A stretch of DNA of 63,914 nucleotides, counting the filler, from Lenisia limosa (taxonomy: Eukaryota > Protista > Breviatea): NCBI GenBank assembly GCA_001655205.1. It is 12 parts of 12 records of this genome, joined end to end, with 100 filler letters (N's around TTAATTAATTAA, not from the genome) between each part and the next. Parts side by side here need not be neighbours in the genome. Positions count along the whole stretch, not along the records: positions 46,738 to 54,350 come from LPNZ01003753.1; positions 54,451 to 58,349 come from LPNZ01009026.1; positions 58,450 to 60,428 come from LPNZ01009171.1; positions 60,529 to 62,542 come from LPNZ01004908.1; 8 more parts are not named here. One strand, written 5' to 3'. The position numbers were made by a program, and so were the translations under genes. Below, one piece after another: positions 52,301-62,100 of the stretch (its first letter is position 1; every line of letters starts with the position of its first letter). The notes below the pieces were generated by a model. That model was not told the origin of the DNA, searched no databases, and was given only the letters and a program-made list of their open reading frames with translations.

Positions 52301-54200
52301 GACATATCTGACCTATCAAAATATGCCTTTTCAGGAAACGTGAACTTATCATCCAATTTGATAGGCCTGTTTTGCTTCATGCAGTACTGAACCCTCTAAA
52401 CAAGTGAAGGGCGGCAATACGATAACACCTGTATCTACCCAATGCCTTGCTTAGAGCTGAAAAAACAAGAGCCCAGAAAGAGTTGCCTTCACACCTGTAA
52501 CTGGAAAGTAACAATAGGCGGAAGCTTCGAGAAACAACGCCAAATTGTTGCGGGGACCTTTTCACCCTAAGAGGGTTAGATTAGAGTAAACAAAATAAGC
52601 TTCCTTTCGTGTCATGCATTTAATACCTAGCTGTTGAAAAGAATAAAACCCATTAATGTAGCAGTATCAATAGGTTTCACTTTGGTTGAAAAAAAGACTG
52701 AATTTCTCGATAAACTATCGATATAAAACCGGTCTTTTTAGAACCGAAGTGAAACCTTAAGTATCAACCATGAGAAACCTGCCCACTTTTCCTGTGTCGT
52801 ATTTGCTGATTGTTGACGGTTCAGTGTAGAGGTCAAGAGCATCCATCAAATTCCCCGCTTTCACATCAAGGAATATCTGGGAAGAGGGGGATGAGTTGAT
52901 ATCCAAGGAATGAAAAAGTGAAATTGTGGAGAGGATCATAATGGATGCCCACACTAATGTCCATTATTGAAACCAAAATCTGTTCAAGACTACTTGGAAG
53001 TTTAATATCACAGCTACAAAGATAGATTTGAATATCATGAGCTTCTTTAAATCAATGAATAGCACCCCCATAGACCTGTCCAATGTTTTCTTCTTTGATT
53101 GAAGGGAGTGCAGTACCATCCTTCAAGACACACTCAATTGATTGCTTTTGTTTCCCATAAAAGATGCTACAAATGAGTTTAGACAATCAAATGCGATTCA
53201 ACAAGAGGNNNNNNNNNNNNNNNNNNNNNNNNNNNNNNNNNNNNNNNNNNNNNNNNNNNNNNNNNNNNNNNNNNNNNNNNNNNNNNNNNNNNNNNNNNNN
53301 NNNNNNNNNNNNNNNNNNNNNNNNNNNNNNNNNNNNNNNNNNNNNNNNNNNNNNNNNNNNNNNNNNNNNNNNNNNNNNNNNNNNNNNNNNNNNNNNNNNN
53401 NNNNNNNNNNNNNNNNNNNNNNNNNNNNNNNNNNNNNNNNNNNNNNNNNNNAGTGGCGCACCACGACATCAGCTTACTCATGTATCAAAGTTGGGTTTTT
53501 GACGGTATTGTCATCAACCACCTTTAGGTCCTCCTGCGGTGTCAGGCGAGGAAGGGAATTATCATCTCATTTCGCCACAGCACAATCTACACATGTCTGC
53601 TGATAACAGAGAAGGATAACATTTGAAAAGTCACAAAACCATGGGGATATTGCAGATAGCTGTAAAACAGATATCCAACTATAGGTTGAATAAAAAGGGG
53701 CCCAGTGCATAAAAAGGGCACTATTTTTTGCTCTAATACCTGTAACTCTAATTGCTGTAGCATAATGTATAATTATGTAAATTTTGGAAGACACCGATTC
53801 TCTATCCATTGCTGAAGCTGATTTAGTTCTTTGCTCTCCTTCCATCGAAAGGTAANNNNNNNNNNNNNNNNNNNNNNNNNNNNNNNNNNNNNNNNNNNNN
53901 NNNNNNNNNNNNNNNNNNNNNNNNNNNNNNNNNNNNNNNNNNNNNNNNNNNNNNNNNNNNNNNNNNNNNNNNNNNNNNNNNNNNNNNNNNNNNNNNNNNN
54001 NNNNNNNNNNNNNNNNNNNNNNNNNNNNNNNNNNNNNCCTTAACCACCTGATGACAGTTTTTCTACCATCTACATGAACATGTACACATACTGTATCTAT
54101 TATCTTTATGATATGCTAGACCCTGAATATGCCTTGTCTTAACTGGTCTTGGGCAGCCAAGTAAATCAGGTAAGTAAGCCGAAGTAGCCTACAAAGTGCC
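49383..54200 (-). CDS. Ubiquitin-specific protease, USP25/USP28/Ubp2-like; ends approximate
   Basis: ENIGQ|IFLDV..LMDALD; FSKLPPIVTFQLQ|RVQY..PIKLDDKFTFPEKAYFDR|YL; YTLHAVI|VHSGSAGHGHYWCFV..WFRINDR (His box); EAFG..AYSLMY. The Cys box was not located (gaps). Confidence 0.82.
52673..52756. mobile_element. MITE family A copy
   Basis: TA-GGTTTCACTTTGGTTGAAAAAAA...GAACCGAAGTGAAACC. Confidence 0.8.
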
Positions 54201-54450
54201 TCAAGTTACAAGGTAACCCAGGTTTTACTTTATTGGTAGAAAACGGAAGAGAGGGGCATATTACCCTATTTTACCCAAAGAAGACGAGGAGGGGAGTATA
54301 TGGCAGACAGATGACGGAAGTAGATAAACATGGTGGTGTTGGGGGGGGGGNNNNNNNNNNNNNNNNNNNNNNNNNNNNNNNNNNNNNNNNNNNNTTAATT
54401 AATTAANNNNNNNNNNNNNNNNNNNNNNNNNNNNNNNNNNNNNNNNNNNN

Positions 54451-57400
54451 TGCTCCCGGTTCTCTCGAGAATCCAACTCAGCAGGTGAGTAAGGAGAAAA
54501 ATGATGAAGACCACCAAAATCGCAGCAACTGGGAAAAGAAGCTTCATGAAGAACTAAAAAATTAATAATATGTGAGGAGGGGGGTAGAGATAAAGTCATA
54601 ATAATAATAAAAAAAAGGGGGGGAATGAAAACCTCTAAAACGGAAGCAATCCCCCCTCTCCCCCAAAATCAATCGAATAATCCATGTAAAGTAATAATAT
54701 ATGTATTAATCNNNNNNNNNNNNNNNNNNNNNNNNNNNNNNNNNNNNNNNNNNNNNNNNNNNNNNNNNNNNNNNNNNNNNNNNNNNNNNNAATCGACCCC
54801 CCCGCACTTTTTCGTAGTATGAGAAGTTGGTTGTGAGGGCGCATTCAGGTGCTGCGAGCTCCACTGCGGAGAAAGGGTAAAAATAATAATGGGGGATATA
54901 TCACATTCAAATATGTCACATCGACTATCTATAGCAATGAGAAATAAAAAATAAGATTGTATCTGGCCAAAGCCCTGATATTGGATTATAGTACTCACAA
55001 CTCTGTGTATACAGCTTTCTGCGTGCCTATCCTCCATAGTATAGGGCTTCACTTCGGTTCGAAAATGATCGGTAAAATATAGATAGTTTTCGAGGATTTA
55101 TCGAGAAATTCAGTCTTTTTTCGAACCGANNNNNNNNNNNNNNNNNNNNNNNNNNNNNNNNNNNNNNNNNNNNNNNNNNNNNNNNNNNNNNNNNNNNNNN
55201 NNNNNNNNNNNNNNNNNNNNNNNNNNNNNNNNNNNNNNNNNNNNNNNNNNNNNNNNNNNNNNNNNNNNNNNNNNNNNNNNNNNNNNNNNNNNNNNNNNNN
55301 NNNNNNNNNNNNNNNNNNNNNNNNNNNNNNNNNNNNNNNNNNNNNNNNNNNNNNNNNNNNNNNNNNNNNNNNNNNNNNNNNNNNNNNNNNNGCTAAAAAA
55401 CGCCTGTATTTGCAAAAACCTTTGTTTTTTTAATTTTGACCACTTAATCACTTAATATTTTTAAACTACAGACGCTGTCACCCTTAGATGAGCCCCCACC
55501 ATGAAAGAGGGATATAGCGCTGTCACTTGAAGGAAATTGAAGAACAGACGCACTGCTCCAAAAGTTTCAATCTGGCTCGGCCGGTAGCTGCGGGAGGGGG
55601 GGTAAAAAACTGTTTCGAATCAAAGACAAAAGAGAGGAACAAAACTCTGAGGGGTGGGTGANNNNNNNNNNNNNNNNNNNNNNNNNNNNNNNNNNNNNNN
55701 NNNNNNNNNNNNNNNNNNNNNNNNNNNNNNNNNNNNNNNNNNNNNNNNNNNNNNNNNNNNNNNNNNNNNNNNNNNNNNNNCAATTTCAATGAAGATTATT
55801 GGCGTAAAGGAACTAATCACGAACCGTATAATCTGAAACTCCAAACAAAAGACGTAACAAAAACAACATACCTGTTGAAAAACAGGAAGAAAAGGAACGC
55901 CAGAACAATAAAAACGCAAATTGGGAGGAGGAAGGAGGCACCTTCACCGCATTTAGTGCACGTCAGGTCTCGTTTGAAATAGCCCTAAATAGATTGAGCG
56001 ATAATTTAGATATCATATAATATGGTGTTCTTCTTTAGAGAAGCTAAATTTACTGGTTTTAACCTAAATTTACTATTTTTTAAACAAGTTCCGTGCATCT
56101 TTAGAGAAGCTAAATTTACTGGTTTTAAAACAACACAAGAGGTTTGAGGATGGTGCTTTTTTTAATATGGAATCTTAGCTTCACTTAGGTCGAAATAAAC
56201 CGGAAAATATCGATTTATCGAGAATGTCTTTTTTCTGACCTAAGTATTTTTTATCGAGAATGTCGTGTACTATATCCTGCTTAAAAATGAATACGTTTGA
56301 AATAGCCCAGCCCGGGTTTTGTAAATGACACGTTCTAAGACGCCTTCTTTGAAACGAATTAATAACTACCCGTTACTACAGGTGTAAATCACGTTCAATA
56401 TGCGCCAATCTTAGAAAATTGAACGAAAATCTGAGCCAATCGTCTGAATTACCACCCTGCTTCCCCTTACATCCTTGCACAAGCTGCATTTGTAGCCTTC
56501 GTAACCATCAGCACACTTGGAGTCGCCGGAGCATGCCTCAATAAGAGGGCATTCGATGAAGACGGCCGCTGAGGGGGGTTAGCAGCAGGTCTCGCAAGGA
56601 ATAAACGAGACGTTGGGTGGGGAGGAGGGGGGGAGGTACTAATCAAGAAATTTATGAAGCAAAAAAAAAGCCCATAATCGTGTCTGTTCTTTATAGAAGA
56701 ACTCGTACAAAGGAAATCACATATCAAATCTTGAAGACTTATCCTGGTCGTTATTGAAAACAGTTGCAGTCCACCCACTAGTATTATCTTCCGATGTAAC
56801 GGCCTCGAAGAATCCGGGCAAAGCGGAGGGGAGAATATCGACGGGATCGCTACACAGGTCAAACGCAGGTACGAGTACTGAAGGCAAGAAGTTCATTGAA
56901 CAAAATCTAGGGATTCAAGTAAACCACGCAGCATTTCGCTACGGTGCATCGACTTGGGAATTCCATAAATTACTTCGGATTTCCAAGTAATAACATGGTA
57001 TTCCAGTGTCAATAATAAGAATCCCAGTTGAACGTTTTGAATATTTCCACAGTTACAATCAGGCACAGTCCGCTAACCCGGAATCGTCAAGACCGCCTCC
57101 GTCACAATACGCACCAAATGGACACTCCTCACAGTCCCCGGAGGTTGCACGGTAATAATCCCTGCAATTTTTGTTATATTTGTGGAGCTGGAATATGTAC
57201 ACTGACCGCGATAAGTCGCAGATATTGAGCTTTATCTTGAGTCAATCGTGTCAGGACTTTTATTGACAATATCATATCGATAAAAAAATCATATGATAAG
57301 TATAACACAGTGAGGGAAATATATACATCTTGAAATATATTACAGACATATTTTCCTTGGGAAATCTCACCACAAATCGGTCAAAACTTCCTGGTCACTG

Positions 57401-58340
57401 TATGTACACAATCAATTTCCCCGCCCACGGAATACAGACACATTCGCTTTCCTTAGTCGAGGCAGACAAAATAGTTGCACTGAATAACGGACAGGCCTAT
57501 TGGGGGAAAAAGGTAAGGAATTAAGACAATAAATTCAAACAACAAAAAAAATACAATAAAAAAAATAATAACAATGGACTATAGGGGGGAGAGGATGGTA
57601 TTAAGAAAATAAAAAATACAAAATAATAAAAAAATGATATTTTAAAAACAAACAAATGATGGGGGTGGTATAATTACCCCCATGTAACACAATATGATAT
57701 AATATATAAATATGATCATTGCGTATACACATGTAGTATTTATCATATTGCATACAGTACATACAAATAGACAGTATATATGATATTATTATAGAATGCA
57801 GTAAACTAACTATATAACGATATGCACATACCCCCTGCCCTGCCCACGCTACACGCCTCGTTTGCGTCAACGTCTTTGTAGTACCCTTCAGGACACCATT
57901 CGCAGTTCGAATCCTCCACAAGCACGTCTACATAGCGTTATTACTGGGAATATATAATATGAATCATTTTCGGATCCCTCTGTATTAATCTGTTTCCCTC
58001 TTGATTTCTAATGTTGTATATTGTTTCTCTTATGAACAATGGTTTATTCATTATGGGGTATTGAATGCTGGATATGAGATAAAGTACAGAAAAAGCAAAT
58101 AGCAAGTTCATTTAAACAATGACCCCTCATCCGATTAACACACTTCTATCCCCACTAGTGTTTCTCTTCGGTTCGAAAAAGACTGGCAAAATAGTTTTCG
58201 AGGATTTATCGAAACATTCAGTCTTTTTTCGAACCGAAGTTAAGCCAAAATATAAACACCATACCCCACCAAGCCCCGTGCCGGCAATACAGGCGCATAT
58301 GACCTCTCCTTCTGTTCCGCTTTCAAGTGGGGTCTCTCTG
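54451..58340 (-). CDS. Cys-rich (GCC2/GCC3, ephrin-receptor-like repeat) ectodomain multipass membrane protein, fragment
   Basis: VICACIAG|..NCEWCPEGYYKD..CS|ACPLFSAT..SECVCI|..CEECPFGAYCDGG; ALPGFF; FIECPLIEACSGDSKCADGYEGYKCSLC; then TM segments LLPICVFIVLAFLFL, VRLFFNFLQ, APEC..FSYYEK|FFMKLLFPVAAILVVFIIFLL. Confidence 0.75.
55044..55129. mobile_element. MITE family A copy (right end in gap)
   Basis: TA-GGGCTTCACTTCGGTTCGAAAA...TTTTTTCGAACCGA|N. Confidence 0.8.
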
Positions 58341-58499
58341 GGGGGGGGGNNNNNNNNNNNNNNNNNNNNNNNNNNNNNNNNNNNNNNNNNNNNTTAATTA
58401 ATTAANNNNNNNNNNNNNNNNNNNNNNNNNNNNNNNNNNNNNNNNNNNNGGGCAGAAAAAAGAGATAAACAACACAAAAACCCTCAAAAGGTGCAGAAA

Positions 58500-60360
58500 A
58501 AAGAGATTCACAAAATGGTGTCCGCCTCCTACCAGTGCAGGCAGAGGACCAAAAACGTTCAAAGAGAACAATGTCGAAGGACTTTCCAACAGCTAAAGGG
58601 GATATAAGTTGGAACTGAATTTCTCAGTAATTCCTCGATAAACCCTTGATAAATCCTCGATAAATAACGATATTTATCGGTCATTTTCTGACCGTAGGAA
58701 AACCTTCATCCCCCCCCCCCCCCNNNNNNNNNNNNNNNNNNNNNNNNNNNNNNNNNNNNNNNNNNNNNNNNNNNNNNNNNNNNNNNNNNNNNNNNNNNNN
58801 NNNNNNNNNNNNNNNNNNNNNNNNNNNNNNNNNNNNNNNNNNNNNNNNCGAGAAGAGGGTGGATGATCGGCAGCGATTTGGAGGTGAGCTAGGAGCATTG
58901 TGAGGATAAACTGCCATCCCCATGAATTATTGTGTATTTATAATGTACTTCAATGGAGATTCTTTTCCCCACAAAATGGTCACATTTTGATACAATATTC
59001 CCAACATAGCCCAAGGGAAACCCTCATAACCCGCAACACAGCACCAACCTCCAACATAAAGACCCACCAACCTCCAACCCTTATATACGGAAAGCAATGG
59101 GAAACAAAAAATAAGGTTGTATCTGACCGANNNNNNNNNNNNNNNNNNNNNNNNNNNNNNNNNNNNNNNNNNNNNNNNNNNNNNNNNNNNNNNNNNNNNN
59201 NNNNNNNNNNNNNNNNNNNNNNNNNNNNNNNNNNNNNNNNNNNNNNNNNNNNNNNNNNNNNNNNNNNNNNNNNNNNNNNNNNNNNNNNNNNNNNNNNTCT
59301 CCAGCTTTCTGCGTGTCTCCCTCCGAACCCTTATAGAGAACCAAGGGAAACTGTACACACCATCACCACCCACCCTCATGGCAAGCGTCACGGATTCCAA
59401 ATGTCTCTCGTCAGTAAGGTTGGGGCAGAAGAATACAGGAACATTCTGAGGGGTTAGAAGCGGACGACGCTTTACGACTAGGGCTTCACTTCGGGAGGAC
59501 AAGACCGATAAAATATCGAGATGTATCGAAGAATTATTGAGAAATTCAATGTTTTTTCGAACCAAAGTGAAGCCCTATTGATGACCCTATAAGGGCTCAT
59601 CTAAATACGCGATGGTTTTGCTTAGAGAGTCTATAGTTTAAATATAAAAAGGAATAAAAGTGGTATTTTTCCAAACGTTATTTGAATAAGCAAACAAGTT
59701 CTAAAAAAAGTCTCAAAGAAAAATATCAATCCATAATAAATATGAGGTAATATCGGCTGTATCTTTCCAAAGCTGTCTACACCATCACTCTATAAGAGAT
59801 GTATAATATTAATTCATCCAAGCATTTATAGTCATAAAGAGTTAAGAGACTTATTGAGGCTTATTGTTTTGAAGATGTCGATATGTATAATATGTATGTA
59901 TGCCAAAAACACCCTTGTTATGATGCTCGAACAGCCATGTGTCTTACCTTGACTTTGTTATGAAGTTCGAACAGCCAGGTCAAAACATCGGCGTTGATGT
60001 CCAAATCGGTGCTGTCCGTCTCGTCTTTCTCACTCTCAACTTCCTCCTCAACTTCCTCCTCAACTTCTTCTTCAACCTCTTCCTCGATTTCCTCCTCTGC
60101 TTCCTCGGCTTCTTTGTCGGAATCTGAGAGGGGTAAGAGGGAATAAAACAAAAAACTATTCAATACCCCCACTTCCCTCCACTTAAAAATTCTCTCTCTC
60201 TGCCTCTCTCTCTCTCTCCCACACACGCACACACCAACACCATGAATTCCCCCCACCCTCAGCGTCCATCTCGTCCTTGAACTGACGCTGTCTCTGCTTG
60301 CGGGGGTCTTCTGAGGGCTTGGTGGAGCGCCAGGCTGACTCAATCGATTCCATTGCTACT
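58500..60360 (-). CDS. Hypothetical protein with acidic EEEV repeat (fragment)
   Basis: Exons SDKEAEEAEEEIEEEVEEEVEEEVEEEVESEKDETD..WLFELHNKVK|, NVPVFFCPNLTDERHLESVTLAMR| and VGKSFDIVLFERFWSSACT|. Confidence 0.5.
59481..59575. mobile_element. MITE family A copy
   Basis: TA-GGGCTTCACTTCGG...TTTTTTCGAACCAAAGTGAAGCCC-TA. Confidence 0.85.
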
Positions 60361-60528
60361 GACAGCTGGTCGGCTCCTAGATATTAGTACTAATTATTTT
60401 TTTTATTTTTTTTTTTGGGGGGGGGGGGNNNNNNNNNNNNNNNNNNNNNNNNNNNNNNNNNNNNNNNNNNNNTTAATTAATTAANNNNNNNNNNNNNNNN
60501 NNNNNNNNNNNNNNNNNNNNNNNNNNNN

Positions 60529-60672
60529 AGCTTCACTTAGGTCCGAATAAAGGCTTAATTTCTCGAAAAATCCTCGAAAACTATCGATATTTTACCGTTC
60601 CTTTTCGGACCGAAGTGAAGCCCCCGATATCAATTATTTTCGAGGATTTATCGAAAATCAGTCATTTTTCGC
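60529..60672. mobile_element. MITE family A copy plus adjacent partial copy
   Basis: GCTTCACTTAGGTCCGAA...TTCGGACCGAAGTGAAGCCC followed by an inverted partial core TTTTCGAGGATTTATCGA. Further partial or diverged copies lie at about 37865-38006, 46738-46799, 56178-56245, 58160-58246 and 58610-58706. Confidence 0.7.
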
Positions 60673-60689
60673 AATAAATGCCCCCCCTC

Positions 60690-62100
60690 CCCACATGGTC
60701 AGCATCACGCTCAAGTTCTTCTGGTGTCAGCGCTTGTTTCTTGTTAACAACCACTTTTGGAGCCGCCAGGACCTTGGGGGAGGTATGGTGATGGAGGGTG
60801 TGTATGAATTGTGTGTGTATGTGTTTTGTGTGTGTGTGTGAGTGTGTGTGTGTGTATGAATATCACAGCTGAGCTGAGTTTGTTCAGAGTGGATGTTTAG
60901 TAGGACTCCGTGCAATTAATTGAATAATAAAAAAAATACTTGGAAGTGAGACATATTCCATTACAGACGCTTTAATTTCGAATTTTATAATAAATTAAAG
61001 ACTAATCACAAACTCCAAACAAAGCCTCTGCTCCCAAAAAAATGTGAAAATGAAGTAGTAGTAGTAATTAAAGAATTCCCGAAAAAATATTATACCCCCC
61101 CCCCCCAGAAGNNNNNNNNNNNNNNNNNNNNNNNNNNNNNNNNNNNNNNNNNNNNNNNNNNNNNNNNNNNNNNNNNNNNNNNNNNNNNNNNNNNNNNNNN
61201 NNGTCTGAGGGGAGGGAGTACTCCTGGGGGTACGGGTGAAAAGAGAATAGTTATCCTGCCAAGCAAATAACGTCCACTATTCTATGTATTACTTGCAATA
61301 GTGTATGCATATGATATGAAAATGGAGGAATCAATGTTCTAACCATCCATCCCCACGTACAATGTTTTGATCATTCGAGGCACGTCACACTTCAATTCAC
61401 CAACATTTCTGAAGTCAAAGACGCAGGCTTGCCCTGTGGAAACCACAGACCTTTTCAGGGCCTCTTGAAAGTCTCTTCCTTTCTGGCGGTGTTAAATTAA
61501 TACACAATTAAAAACACAAGGGTTTTAAAACACACTCAGGCACAAATAAAAAAAAGAGTTTTAAATATAACAGACAAATGGGCTGGAATTTTGGTCTTTA
61601 GATTTTAAACACATTGAAGTTCAACATGGTTGTCCTTCTGACACTGCCAACTACGGCATCTTACAATAGAATTACTATCACACTAAAATCCAATATCTAT
61701 AAGCGTGATGGTGTAGACAGCTTCGGCCAGATACTGCCTTTATTATTTCTCATTTCTACATATACTATATTTAATACATAAACACACCCTCACATAAACA
61801 CACGTAAACACACACGTGAGCCCAGACATATACACTCGCGCACATTTGCTGCGCTACCCCCCCCCCCCNNNNNNNNNNNNNNNNNNNNNNNNNNNNNNNN
61901 NNNNNNNNNNNNNNNNNNNNNNNNNNNNNNNNNNNNNNNNNNNNAACCTCGAACCAATCAAAGCAGAGTTGCTCTCACCCCTGACGAGTTCCTTGTTGTC
62001 TACACGTGTCGCTGAGGTTCGTGGACTGCCGGATTGAAATTATTACATTATTTACGTGGCCGAGTTTGACCTTGACCGCGTGTTTGGCCTTGACTGGCCA
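60690..62100 (-). CDS. Hypothetical protein exons (fragment)
   Basis: VLAAPKVVVNKKQALTPEELERDADH| and KGRDFQEALKRSVVSTGQACVFDFRNVGELK|, flanked by canonical splice sites. Confidence 0.4.

Noticed and set aside
24061-54200. Apparent proteostasis cluster (Fes1, UFD2, Sel1-repeat, USP)
   Set aside because: These are common eukaryotic functions, and the genes lie in different spacer-joined contigs. There is no evidence of real clustering.
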